From: Candidatus Iainarchaeum sp. | Lineage (GTDB): Archaea; Iainarchaeota; Iainarchaeia; Iainarchaeales; UBA10191 | DNA length: 37,577 bases | Assembly: GCA_030649735.1 (NCBI GenBank) | Contig: JAUSFL010000042.1 | Span: 1 to 37,577 of the forward strand | Direction: 5' to 3' | In this document: piece after piece, positions 22,771 through 32,317 of the stretch | How the letters are laid out: every line of letters starts with the position of its first letter | How positions within the stretch are numbered: position 1 is the stretch's first letter | Notes under the pieces: generated by a model | Database searches by the model: none | Seen by the model: only the letters and a program-made list of their open reading frames with translations | Told to the model about the DNA's origin: nothing | Position numbers and translations under genes: made by a program

Positions 22771-25668
22771 TTATTGTGTTTCCAAGAAATTGATTAATTC
22801 TTGGGCTGCTCTTCCAGTGTCTGCTGCTGTATAACCAGCTACGACAATTTTGTCGCCTGATTTTACAACAATAGCGTCGCCTGCTTTCTGGATCTGCGCG
22901 TTAACTACAGCACCCAAAGCCCTAGTGAGCCTGTTTACTGCCTGTCCGCCGACCAAGATTGCTGCGCCTGGTTCTCCATTGTCCCAAACTACTGTAGCTT
23001 TACCGTTCAATGCTGCTGGAACAGTGACTGTTACAGTCTCTGGTGGAGCGTTTGAATCAGCGCCTGATACAGTGACTCCAGTAACTGCGGCTGCATCGGC
23101 TATTGAAATTTTTGTGGTTCCAATAGTTATTGTTTTTCCGACTTCCAAAGTTCCTGCGTCTCCGTTGGCTATTGATTCAGTAGTTCCTGTTGAGGTTACT
23201 ACTTCCTGGACGTACATTTTTGTTTCCGGAATAGTCAAAGTCAAGACACCATCCGCAACTGCTGCAAGCGATCCTACATCATCATACGCTGTTGCATAGT
23301 ATGAGTCCGCAGTGTCAGACCTTAAATTCAGGGCTTGCACGTTTGCTCCGGAAAGGCGTGTTGCCTGGTAGCTGTATCCGCTAAGGTTTGAGTTTGGCAA
23401 TGTTATCAGTTTTCCGTCGCCGTACTTTGTGCTAACATATGCATTCCAATCCGCTGTTCCGTCTGCTACAGCTGCTGCGCCTACTGTTCCAGTGTCTATC
23501 TGGAATAGTGCAGTGTAGTATGTATTGTCTGCAGAGTCTCCTCCAAATGCTGAGTCGTCTGGCCTGTAGAATGATTGTGCAGTTCCAACATCCCCGTTCA
23601 TTAGGATTGGTCCTCTGTTTGTGTCAACTACGCCGTCTTCAGTGGCCTGTGCATAGTCAGTTCCCAAGAAACTTATTGTTTTGCTGTTTCCTGTGAATTC
23701 AGTGCTGATGTTCTGGTCATTCAACAAAACCCATATCTTGTTGTCTCCTTCCCTGACTTGCAGTGCGTATCTGTAAGTCTGTGAATTTTGCCCCTCTATA
23801 GTGAAGGCAGTTGTTCCTGCTGCTGTTCCGTTAGTGTCCCAAACAGTGCCGTCTGAATAGTACACATACCCGTAACCAGGCCCTGCAGTGTTTGCGTCGC
23901 TAGTATACAGCAAAGAATCTGCGCTTCTAGTCACTGAGTTTTTCAAGAACTGCACTCTACCACTTGTGGAGACAGTTATTGAGTTTGCATCAGCTCCTGT
24001 GACCCTGTAATTTACTCCTTCTGCCCAAATGTTGCCGTCTACTGGAACATTGTAGTCAGAGATGCCTGTGACAGTTAGTTGGGATCTGTCGCCGACTCTT
24101 CCAATGTTGGTCCAAGTTCTTCCGTTGATCTCGTTTCCTTCAGTGATTTTTATGTTTGAGTCTGTCTTGTCGACTTGGTAGTTTATTGTTTTTCCGTCGA
24201 AAGTGAATGCATTCCAAGTGTCGTCAGAAGCGTCTCCTTTGACAACCAATGGTATTGCGTGGCTTGATCCGCTAGAGTCTTTGAAATCCAATTTTTCGTT
24301 TCCAACCTTGATTGTTGTCAATGACTTGTCGTTCTTCCAGCCTTGGAATTTTACCTTGTAAGCTCCGCTGACAAACTCTGCAGATTCGCCTACTTTTACG
24401 GCTGAAGCGTCATTCCATCTCTTGTTGGAATTTGCTATTTTGATTTCTTTCAAGGTTCTAGCCAAAGCCGCAGTGTCTCCATTGCTGAAATAGAAAGTCA
24501 CTGCCCACTCATAGATTCCTGTGGAATTGCTTGAATCATATGGATATCCTTTGGAGTTGTACAAAGTCAACCCTGAAGCTCCGACAAACATGTCAACGTA
24601 ACCGTTTGTTACGCCGGTTGTTGTGTTGCTTCCAGTGGCTGTTATTGTATCAACAGTTACTGTGGTGTCCATTATGTCATTTCCTGCATTGTCTGTGAAA
24701 TCCAAGTCGCCTGTTCCTTGAGTGACTGTCTGCAACACAGTGTCGCCGTCTTTCAAGATGAACTTTGCGCTTGTTCCTGCAGTGTTAAGGACATCCATGA
24801 CCAAAGTCAGTGTCTTTCCTGCATATGCTCCTTTTCCTTCAACTTCTGCTGATTCTCCAGGCAGCAATGTCTTTTTCGCATTGGATTCAACCAATTTTAT
24901 AAGCTCGCTTCCAGCTGTTGTTTCATCAATGTCTTTGACCAAGTAGTTCTTTCCAAAGAAGGGAACCATCATGTGGTCGTCAGTTCCATCGCTGAATGCG
25001 GTTATTGCTGTTGCAGAACTGTGCACTGGAATTCCATTTCCCAAATCCAAAATGTATGCAAAAGAGCCGGCATCAATATCCAATGCCATTCTTTCAACGT
25101 CTGATGCTGTGTTGAATCTAGGGTTTGCCGCCAATGAAAGCCTTTCTTTGACAGTAATGCTTGTGTTTGCTCCATTATATTTGTAAGTCGTTGTCTTGTC
25201 TGTCAAGTCTGGCAATGCAGAGCTTGTCAAAGAAGTTCCTGTTATTGTTCCGTTAGAGTCTATTGCAATGTTTCTGTCAAATGTTGGCTCTAAAGGGCTT
25301 GTTGCTGAAATCAGGTAATCCTCTAAAGTCTTTGCGTTTGCAAAGGTTGTTGCGCCTCCGCCGACAGTTACTGCGATTTTTGCAGCGCTAACGTTTGCTG
25401 TTCCGCCGCCAGAAACTGTTTTTGTTATTGTCTGTGTCGTTGTTGCTTTTTCAGCCAATTTTGAGGCAATATTGCCCGCCCAGATAACGTCTGAGGCTCT
25501 TGCGCTGTTTCCTACAACAACGTTTACTATTGGACTTCCGCTGCTAGCGTAAAAGTCTGCTTTTGTCAAATCTGAAACTGCTGCTGTAGCAAATGGTGCG
25601 ATTGCTGTTCCCAACAATGCTGCTCCGGCTGCTATTGCCGCAAGTTTCTTTACTCCTATATTTTTCAT
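22771..25668 (-). CDS. S-layer protein (Methanococcus/Thermococcus S_layer_N/C type), 965 aa
   Basis: KKLAAIAAGAALLG signal, VVVGNSARASDVIWAGNIA N-domain, ILVGGQAVNRLT and IVVAGYTAADT C-domain. T/D/G/N-rich, SD GAGGTG, strong terminator. Confidence 0.9.
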   Translation of the reverse strand: MKNIGVKKLAAIAAGAALLGTAIAPFATAAVSDLTKADFYASSGSPIVNVVVGNSARASDVIWAGNIASKLAEKATTTQTITKTVSGGGTANVSAAKIAVTVGGGATTFANAKTLEDYLISATSPLEPTFDRNIAIDSNGTITGTSLTSSALPDLTDKTTTYKYNGANTSITVKERLSLAANPRFNTASDVERMALDIDAGSFAYILDLGNGIPVHSSATAITAFSDGTDDHMMVPFFGKNYLVKDIDETTAGSELIKLVESNAKKTLLPGESAEVEGKGAYAGKTLTLVMDVLNTAGTSAKFILKDGDTVLQTVTQGTGDLDFTDNAGNDIMDTTVTVDTITATGSNTTTGVTNGYVDMFVGASGLTLYNSKGYPYDSSNSTGIYEWAVTFYFSNGDTAALARTLKEIKIANSNKRWNDASAVKVGESAEFVSGAYKVKFQGWKNDKSLTTIKVGNEKLDFKDSSGSSHAIPLVVKGDASDDTWNAFTFDGKTINYQVDKTDSNIKITEGNEINGRTWTNIGRVGDRSQLTVTGISDYNVPVDGNIWAEGVNYRVTGADANSITVSTSGRVQFLKNSVTRSADSLLYTSDANTAGPGYGYVYYSDGTVWDTNGTAAGTTAFTIEGQNSQTYRYALQVREGDNKIWVLLNDQNISTEFTGNSKTISFLGTDYAQATEDGVVDTNRGPILMNGDVGTAQSFYRPDDSAFGGDSADNTYYTALFQIDTGTVGAAAVADGTADWNAYVSTKYGDGKLITLPNSNLSGYSYQATRLSGANVQALNLRSDTADSYYATAYDDVGSLAAVADGVLTLTIPETKMYVQEVVTSTGTTESIANGDAGTLEVGKTITIGTTKISIADAAAVTGVTVSGADSNAPPETVTVTVPAALNGKATVVWDNGEPGAAILVGGQAVNRLTRALGAVVNAQIQKAGDAIVVKSGDKIVVAGYTAADTGRAAQELINFLETQ

Positions 25669-25935
25669 TCATTCACCTCACAAATCAAATAGATTTGTTT
25701 TGAATCAAGACTGAAGCCAAAGCTATCTTTCCTTGCCAAGTAATGGTTTGGTTTGGAAGACTTAGTTTTAAGGCTCGTACTAATCTGGGTAGAGTTTGTT
25801 TTTAAAGGTTCGCCCGGTAAGAAAAGCAAAAAGCAAGCTTTTTAAACAAAACAGAGCAAAATTCAGGCTTTTGTGGAACTGTGTGAAGGCAATTGCCGAA
25901 AGCGTTTTTTTCGGTTCAAGCATGAGATTTTGGCC

Positions 25936-26574
25936 TTATTTTCCGTAAAGCTTTCTAGTGAAGTCTTCCATTTCTTTCCTGTTCATTAATTTGGTTATTT
26001 GATCAGCGTAGGCGTGGATTAGCTCTGACATGTCCACTAAGGCATCTTGAAGGTCGTCTTGAGTCAGTTCTATTTTGTCTGGCTTTAAGACTTCAATTGC
26101 TGCCGGGGCATAATAGAACATTAAGTGGGTTATTGCCTTGAAGTCTCTAATGCTCAAGTTGACTTCCAGAAAGCTTGAATAGTACTCTCCGTCCAGCATT
26201 GGCTCTGCCTTTCTAATGTCGTAAATTGTGAATGCCTGGTCTGTCTTTAATGCCTCTTCTATTTCATTGATTGATTTTTTCAAAAGCTCTGCTTCAATGG
26301 CTTTTATTTCAATCATGCAGTTCAGGCGGATTTTGAAAAGGTCTTTTTCCTCTATTTTCCTGCGTTCTTTCACTTTTTGCACTATTTGCTGGGCTAGGGA
26401 GTATTTTGTTGGGAAGCCTTCTTTCACAATAAGCTCGGTTTTGAGCATTTCTTTAAGCTCTTCCATGGTTTTCAAGTATGAAAGCTTTAGCTCTGCGGCA
26501 ATTTCTTCCGCTGTTTTAGGACTTTGGGCCAGCAATTTAGCTATTCCTTTCTGGCAGTCTGAGAGTTCTGGCAT
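25936..26574 (-). CDS. Winged-HTH domain fused to a conserved archaeal uncharacterised domain
   Basis: N-terminal KTAEEIAAELKLSY..LKEMLK wHTH pattern and C-terminal SSFLEV..FYYAPAAIEVLKP. Start reassigned to ATG 26574. Confidence 0.75.
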   Translation of the reverse strand: MPELSDCQKGIAKLLAQSPKTAEEIAAELKLSYLKTMEELKEMLKTELIVKEGFPTKYSLAQQIVQKVKERRKIEEKDLFKIRLNCMIEIKAIEAELLKKSINEIEEALKTDQAFTIYDIRKAEPMLDGEYYSSFLEVNLSIRDFKAITHLMFYYAPAAIEVLKPDKIELTQDDLQDALVDMSELIHAYADQITKLMNRKEMEDFTRKLYGK

Positions 26575-26639
26575 ATAAAAACAACTTTTGTACAAAATGT
26601 TTTTAATAAGCCATTGACAAGTATTTAAAGAGGATTTGG

Positions 26640-26942
26640 ATGTTTTTGCTAGAAGCTTCAACTGCATTGGCCCAGAATGCCGGCGGAATTGTCGAATTTA
26701 CACAAGGCAATTTAGGCCTGCTTTTCAGCGCAATTGCGTTCATAATAATTGCAGTAATTGTTGTCTTGCTAATCAAGCAAATCCTAATCAACAGCGTTTT
26801 GGGAATCATTGCCTGGCTTTTGCTGCAGTACGTGTTTCAAGTGAAATTGAATTTTGGGATTTCCTTAATTGTCAGCATTATTTTCGGGCTTGCTGGAATT
26901 GGCGTTCTCTTGCTTTTGAAGTTTTTGGGAATTCAAGTCTAA
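26640..26942 (+). CDS. BofA-like small membrane protein
   Basis: Three hydrophobic segments with INSVLGII and IFGLAGIGVLLLL patterns typical of archaeal BofA-family proteins. Confidence 0.7.
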   Translation: MFLLEASTALAQNAGGIVEFTQGNLGLLFSAIAFIIIAVIVVLLIKQILINSVLGIIAWLLLQYVFQVKLNFGISLIVSIIFGLAGIGVLLLLKFLGIQV

Positions 26943-27952
26943 AGCTTGAAGTCCTTGCTTAAGTCAATTCCGCAATTCTTGCATTCTCCGGCCTTAAAGC
27001 CCAAAACTTCTGCAACATAACTTTTCCTTCTAATTAGCAGATTCCGGCAATTAGGGCATTTGGAGTTTTCTTCCAGGCCCAAGTTTCCGGAATAAACGTA
27101 CTTTAAGCCGGTTTTTTCGGCAATTGCCTGTGCTTCTTTGACTTTGCTTTGAGGCGTTGGCGGCAAGTGCAAGAGCTTGAATTCCGGATGAAATGCTGAA
27201 AAATGCAGTGGAATCTTGTCTGAAAGGCCCAAAACAAAGTCCGCGGCTTCTTGAAAATGCTTTTTGTCGTCATTGAAAGTTGGAACTATGAGATAAGTCA
27301 GTTCCAAATGCACTTTGCTTTTTGAGAGCCATTCAATGTTTTGCAGGACTTTTTTTTGGCCAATGCTTCCGCACACTTTTTGATAAAATTCCTTGCTTCC
27401 CTTCAAATCCACATTTATCGCATCAAGGAATGGCACAATGGCTTCAAGGACTGTTTCAGTCATGAAGCCGTTAGAGACCCAGACATTGTACAAGCCTTTT
27501 TTGCGCGCTAGCTTCATTGTTTCCAACGCATATTCTGCAAACACTGTTGGCTCATTATACGAGTATGCAATTCCTTGCACTTTGTTTTTCAAGCAGGCTT
27601 CAACAATTTGCCCCGGAGAGACAATGCCAAACCGGCCTTCAAGATTTTCTGCGCTGAATTGTTGGCTCATTTCAAAATTCTGGCAAAAATCGCACTTGAA
27701 ATTACAGCCTAAAGTGCTTACAGTCAAGCATTTGCTTTTTGGCTTGAAGTGAAATAAGGGCTTTTTTTCAATCGGGTCAATAGTCAAAGTCTGAGTCTTG
27801 CCATAAACCAAACTGATGAGCTTGCCTTCTTGATTCTGCCTTACAATGCATTTTCCAAACTCATTGTTTGCCAAAACACAGTAGTGATTGCACGCAATGC
27901 ACTGCACTCTTCCTTTTGGAAGTGTTTTGCTGAATTTTGCCTCAAAAGCCAT
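26939..27952 (-). CDS. amrS: AmmeMemoRadiSam system radical SAM enzyme
   Basis: CIACNHYC, IDPIEKKPLFHF, CNFKCDFCQN, YSYNEP, PLHFSAFHP, YVYSGN and C-terminal CxxC pairs. Confidence 0.92.
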   Translation of the reverse strand: MAFEAKFSKTLPKGRVQCIACNHYCVLANNEFGKCIVRQNQEGKLISLVYGKTQTLTIDPIEKKPLFHFKPKSKCLTVSTLGCNFKCDFCQNFEMSQQFSAENLEGRFGIVSPGQIVEACLKNKVQGIAYSYNEPTVFAEYALETMKLARKKGLYNVWVSNGFMTETVLEAIVPFLDAINVDLKGSKEFYQKVCGSIGQKKVLQNIEWLSKSKVHLELTYLIVPTFNDDKKHFQEAADFVLGLSDKIPLHFSAFHPEFKLLHLPPTPQSKVKEAQAIAEKTGLKYVYSGNLGLEENSKCPNCRNLLIRRKSYVAEVLGFKAGECKNCGIDLSKDFKL

Positions 27953-28007
27953 ACTAATATTATTGTTTTGCTGGCTAATTAATTAATCATTTTTTAAGCG
28001 TGAAATC

Positions 28008-29279
28008 ATGGAAGAATTCAATCTGGACTTGCATTTTCATTCCCCGTACGCTGGCGGCGTCAGCAAGAATATGAGCATTCCAGTGCTTGCGGAGCAGGCG
28101 CAGTTGAAGGGATTGGATTGCATTTCAACAGCCGACATTACGCAGCCTGACTGGCTGAAGCATTTGAACGAGAACTTGAAGGAAGAAAAGAATGGAGTTT
28201 ACACTTTTCCGGGCTTTGAGACTAAATTCATTGTCGGGACTGAAATAGAATCTGCAAACAGGATTCATCACTTGGTTTACTTGGAGGATTTGACTCGCGC
28301 TGCGGAATTGCGCGAAAAATTAAAGCCATGGGGAAAACTGGATTATTACGGCGCTGGAAGGCCAAAGCTAAAAATTCCTCCGGAAAAGCTTGCTGAAATC
28401 GTTACAGATTTGGGCGGGCTTTTGGGGCCGGCTCATGCTTTCACGCCTTACTTTGGAATTTACGCTCATTTCAAGTCCATAAAAGAGGCTTACGGGGCTT
28501 TCGGAGACAAAATAAAATTTTTGGAACTCGGGCTTTCTGCAGACTCTTATTATGCTGACTTGATTGAAGAAAACCACAATTACAATTTCTTTTCCTTCAG
28601 TGATGCCCACTCTCCTTGGCCGCACAGGCTTGGAAGGGAATTCATTCGCGCTTCAATGAAGGAAACCACTTTCAAGGAATTGGAAAAGACATTGAATTTT
28701 GAAGGCGATCGAAAAATCAACTTGAATGTCGGCCTTGACCCGCGGGAAGGAAAATACCACGAGACTGCATGCAATGCCTGCTACACTCACTACACCATAA
28801 AGGAAGCCGAAGCATTAAAGTGGAAGTGTCCTTGCCCGGGCCAAATCAAGAAAGGAGTAAAAGACTTGATTCTGGAGCTTGCGGACTATAAGGAAGAAAT
28901 CCACCCGAAATTCAGGCCAGACTATTTGCATATTATTTCGCTTGCTGAAATAATACAATTGACATTGCAGAAAAGGACTCCGGAAGACAAGGCAGTTCAC
29001 GCGCTTTGGAGGCAATTTGTCGACAAGTTTGAAAATGAAATCAATGTTTTGGTTGACGCGCCAATTGTAGAATTAATGGAATTGCATGATTTGATCGGCA
29101 AAAGAATTGAAAGCTTCAGGAAAGGCTTTGTTGTTTACACGCCTGGCGGCGGCGGAGATTATGGAAGGCCTTTTATTTGCTCTGACGAGCACGAATTCAT
29201 TGAAAAAAAGGCAGAGCTTGAAGCAATCGGAAAAGTCTCTGCGGCAAAGAAAAAGCAAAAGACTCTGATGGATTATTAA
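28008..29279 (+). CDS. PHP-domain/Zn-ribbon nuclease (TIGR00375, Endonuclease Q-like)
   Basis: DLHFHSPY, PAHAFTP, ELGLSAD, SDAHS, GKYH..CxxC..CPC..IKKGV and PGGGGDYG motifs. Confidence 0.9.
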   Translation: MEEFNLDLHFHSPYAGGVSKNMSIPVLAEQAQLKGLDCISTADITQPDWLKHLNENLKEEKNGVYTFPGFETKFIVGTEIESANRIHHLVYLEDLTRAAELREKLKPWGKLDYYGAGRPKLKIPPEKLAEIVTDLGGLLGPAHAFTPYFGIYAHFKSIKEAYGAFGDKIKFLELGLSADSYYADLIEENHNYNFFSFSDAHSPWPHRLGREFIRASMKETTFKELEKTLNFEGDRKINLNVGLDPREGKYHETACNACYTHYTIKEAEALKWKCPCPGQIKKGVKDLILELADYKEEIHPKFRPDYLHIISLAEIIQLTLQKRTPEDKAVHALWRQFVDKFENEINVLVDAPIVELMELHDLIGKRIESFRKGFVVYTPGGGGDYGRPFICSDEHEFIEKKAELEAIGKVSAAKKKQKTLMDY

Positions 29280-29285
29280 TGGCTA

Positions 29286-29627
29286 TTAGCAGGCTTGCTT
29301 AACCTTTATTCTTAGCGTTTTATTATTCTCCGGGATTATGCAAATTTTTTCACCTTTCTTCAATTTGTAGGCTTGCACAATATCTGAAGGCAGGGTTATT
29401 GCAAGGCTTCTTCCAGCATTAATTATTGGCCTTTTGAAAGAGAATTTCGTGTTTATCTGCTCGCTTAATTCTTGCATTTGTTCACTGGTGCTGAATGACT
29501 CGCCGCATTTTAGGCACTTATAATACGGAGAATCCTTGATTATCAATTTGCCTTCATTTAACGCCAACTCTTCAAATTTGAGAATCGAATTTCCGCCACA
29601 CAAGTGACATTTTATTTCTTTTTCCAC
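29286..29627 (-). CDS. Putative antitoxin: YgiT/MqsA-type Zn finger fused to an AbrB/MazE DNA-binding domain
   Basis: CHLC..YKCLKCGE zinc finger followed by the GRSLAITLPSDIV..LKKGE AbrB motif. Confidence 0.8.
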   Translation of the reverse strand: MEKEIKCHLCGGNSILKFEELALNEGKLIIKDSPYYKCLKCGESFSTSEQMQELSEQINTKFSFKRPIINAGRSLAITLPSDIVQAYKLKKGEKICIIPENNKTLRIKVKQAC

Positions 29628-29872
29628 AATTCAACCTCCTTTTCACTTGCTTCCCACAATGTAAGGACATGGATAAATTCTTTTTTTTCAATTTTTACCG
29701 CGGTTAAGACTGTTTCGCCAATCTTGAAAATTGTTTTAATTCTGTCTTTTTCTTCCTTTATTTTTATTAATTGTTTTTTTATTGCAAATTCAAGTTCGCC
29801 ATAATTAATCCCAAGCATTACTGCCCTTTCAGCAAACCTTTGCTTGGCATGCAAACTCCAGCGAACTAACAT
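29612..29872 (-). CDS. Putative toxin (DUF4258/RelE-like RNase)
   Basis: WSLHAKQRFAER and C-terminal IHVLTLW motifs. Overlaps the Zn-finger gene. Confidence 0.72.
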   Translation of the reverse strand: MLVRWSLHAKQRFAERAVMLGINYGELEFAIKKQLIKIKEEKDRIKTIFKIGETVLTAVKIEKKEFIHVLTLWEASEKEVELWKKK

Positions 29873-29947
29873 AAATAATAAAACAATAAAGGCATTTAAA
29901 AAGTAATATCATTTAATAATCAAATAATACCAATTGCTTTGCCATAT

Positions 29948-30724
29948 TTACCTGACGTAAGTCAAGTTCGGGTTTTCCTGCTGTTCTACCTGGTCAAGCA
30001 ATTGCTTGTTCAATTTTTCAAATGCTTCCTGGATGTTCTTGGCTTCTTTCTCAAGCTCTGAAAGATTGAGCTTGAACTTGAATTTTTTCACTAGCAATTC
30101 AAGCATTATTTTCGCGCTTCCGTGATCGCCCAAATATAATTGGCTTGAAGTCTCTCCCATTAAGCAAGCGCCTTCAAGGCCTTGCTGTTTTCCAATTCCG
30201 ATAATCAATCCCGCGGCTCCGCTAATTAATCCTTCATTCCTGTCGACTATTGCGTCAAATTTTTTCCATTCTTCCAAGAGCTTTTTTGAAGTTGCCGCAA
30301 TTATGATGCGCGGCTGGGTGTTCATTCTTCGTTCTCTAATGTCAAGCCCTGCAAGAGTGTAAATTTCTTTCACGTTCAATTCTTTCATTGCCTTGACAAT
30401 TGCTTCGGCAAACTCGTAATGCTCTTGAGGGCTTCCTGCCCTAAAGTCCAAGGTTGGCTGCACTGGCCCGGCTAAAAACAAAAACTCTTGCCCTGCAAGC
30501 TTTGCGTAATAAACTTCATCCTTTATCAAATCTAAGACAGCATTTTGAGTGCGAATGCTTGGCGGAAAGCTGTCTGAAGTTATTTCAGCGATTTTTTCAG
30601 GCTTTACCTGCGATATCAAATGGTCTATCGCGATTTTTCCAACAAGCCCAATTCCAGGCAGGCCTGTCAAAAGAATTGCTTTTTTCGGCCTTGTTTTTCT
30701 CAAAAATTTTATTTTAGTCGGCAT
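29948..30724 (-). CDS. Proteasome assembly chaperone (PAC2 family)
   Basis: GLPGIGLVGKIA, GAAGLIIG and CLMGET motifs. Conserved position after aIF2-alpha. Start reassigned to ATG 30724. Confidence 0.9.
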   Translation of the reverse strand: MPTKIKFLRKTRPKKAILLTGLPGIGLVGKIAIDHLISQVKPEKIAEITSDSFPPSIRTQNAVLDLIKDEVYYAKLAGQEFLFLAGPVQPTLDFRAGSPQEHYEFAEAIVKAMKELNVKEIYTLAGLDIRERRMNTQPRIIIAATSKKLLEEWKKFDAIVDRNEGLISGAAGLIIGIGKQQGLEGACLMGETSSQLYLGDHGSAKIMLELLVKKFKFKLNLSELEKEAKNIQEAFEKLNKQLLDQVEQQENPNLTYVR

Positions 30725-30742
30725 TCTAGCACCTTTCAAAAC

Positions 30743-31519
30743 TTAATTCTCAATTTTTTCGAAAACTGACTTTCCGCTTTCTGCCTTGAGCAAGTTTTCC
30801 AAAGTTTCCGCGACAGTATTCAATGCTTTTTCCGCGCTTTTAAAGTCATTGCTTGTAACCCTCAAGTCCCACTTGCCAGAGCCAAGGTAATTCAATTCGA
30901 CTTTTCCCTGCTTTTGCGAATTCCGTGCCTTGATCATTGCCGCTTTCAAGACTTCAACGCCGTTGGACTTTTCGCTAGACACAGTGACTGTTCCGCGAAC
31001 TGTCCTTTTCGGGATTTCAATGTTTTTTTGCAAAATTTCAATCAATGCTGGCTTCCACTTGTCTGAAACTCCTTTCGCCGCGCTTTCTCCTTTCACTACA
31101 ATTTCAGTGAATGCTTCCTGCAATCCGTCATAATTCTGCAGCAAAGGCTCTGCAATTTCCTTCCAGACTGTTTCAAAATCGGATTTTTTTTCGTTCGCCA
31201 AAATTTCCAGGAGCTTTTGGTTTCTTTTCAATGACTTCCAGGCGTCAATTTTTGCCCTTTGCGTTCCAGCGCTCACTTTTGTAAGGCTTAAGTCAATTTG
31301 GCCTTTTTCAAAGTCAATGTGCATTACTTGGGCCGCGCGAATCTGGTTTTCCTTGACGAAATTCCTGATGTTTTTTACCCAAGAGCTCGCGACTTGCGAA
31401 ATGTGCACAAAGCCATTAAGCCCTTCGTATTCCAGAAGCTCTGCAAAAACCCCGTATTCAAGGATTTTTGTTATCTTGCAGACGACCACTTCTCCATTTT
31501 GCGGAAATTCTTTGGGCAT
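30743..31519 (-). CDS. eif2a: Translation initiation factor aIF2 alpha subunit
   Basis: S1 domain FPQNGEVVV, YGVFAELLEY, GFVHISQV, WVKNIR and GQIDLSL. Start reassigned to ATG 31519. Confidence 0.95.
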   Translation of the reverse strand: MPKEFPQNGEVVVCKITKILEYGVFAELLEYEGLNGFVHISQVASSWVKNIRNFVKENQIRAAQVMHIDFEKGQIDLSLTKVSAGTQRAKIDAWKSLKRNQKLLEILANEKKSDFETVWKEIAEPLLQNYDGLQEAFTEIVVKGESAAKGVSDKWKPALIEILQKNIEIPKRTVRGTVTVSSEKSNGVEVLKAAMIKARNSQKQGKVELNYLGSGKWDLRVTSNDFKSAEKALNTVAETLENLLKAESGKSVFEKIEN

Positions 31520-31606
31520 TTTTTCACTCTGTATTTTTAAGTTACAAGACAATTAAGGTTTGAAAAGAGCTAAAAAGGCAACTGGTTCAATCCAAGGATT
31601 TTTGCC

Positions 31607-32317
31607 TTAATTGCTTTTGAACTTTTTCTCCAAAAATTCGCCCATTGCCTTGCGAAAAAGCAGGAAACCATTCCTTGACTCCAAATCAGCGGGCGATTGC
31701 AGCCCATTTTCCTGCTTTAATGTGGGCTTTGGAAACAGCTGGTCTGCAAGGTTGATTCCCCTGCCGAGCTTTGCTGAGCTTAGCTTGATGGCTTGAACAT
31801 TCCCGCCAAGGCTTTTCAATGCATTGCTTATGATTTCAAAAGTGAGCCCGCTGTATTCGGCATCAACAATATAATAAACGCTTTTTTTCTGGGAAAAAAC
31901 CCCGCTTTTCAGGATTGAATTCTTTGCAAGCGCTGTGAGCCTTTGCTTGTCAATTGTCGCGCTTGTTTCTTGCACATAATCTAATGGAGTGAACGGATTC
32001 ACAAAATACTTGAAATCGCGCATGCTTCTGCGCCTATTTCTTGCATTCAAGGCCTTGACTGTTTCAAAAATTGGCCTCATTCCCCTGCCGACAAACAAGA
32101 AGCAGCTGTTTGGAACTGCATGGTATTGCAGTATTTTTTGGGATGCTTCAAAAACATGGTTTAACACAATTGGATCATTAATTGGGAAAGCAAGCGCATT
32201 TTTTGCAATTCTCGCTTCTGCATTTGTAATTCTTTCAAGCCTTTTCCTTGAAAATGTGCTTCCAAAAAATTTTTTCGGAAGCTTTCTTGGATTTGTTCTC
32301 TCAAGCAATTTTCTCAC
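31607..32317 (-). CDS. Hypothetical protein with basic N-terminus and PRT-like motif
   Basis: GTGA overlap with the gins stop. FLFVGRG and YIVDAEYSGLT resemble PRT-fold loops. Confidence 0.6.
   Translation of the reverse strand: MRKLLERTNPRKLPKKFFGSTFSRKRLERITNAEARIAKNALAFPINDPIVLNHVFEASQKILQYHAVPNSCFLFVGRGMRPIFETVKALNARNRRRSMRDFKYFVNPFTPLDYVQETSATIDKQRLTALAKNSILKSGVFSQKKSVYYIVDAEYSGLTFEIISNALKSLGGNVQAIKLSSAKLGRGINLADQLFPKPTLKQENGLQSPADLESRNGFLLFRKAMGEFLEKKFKSN

Noticed and set aside
31575-31608. GGTTCAATCC T-loop-like sequence upstream of aIF2-alpha
   Set aside because: No acceptor, D or anticodon arms, so it is not a tRNA or a convincing tRNA fragment.
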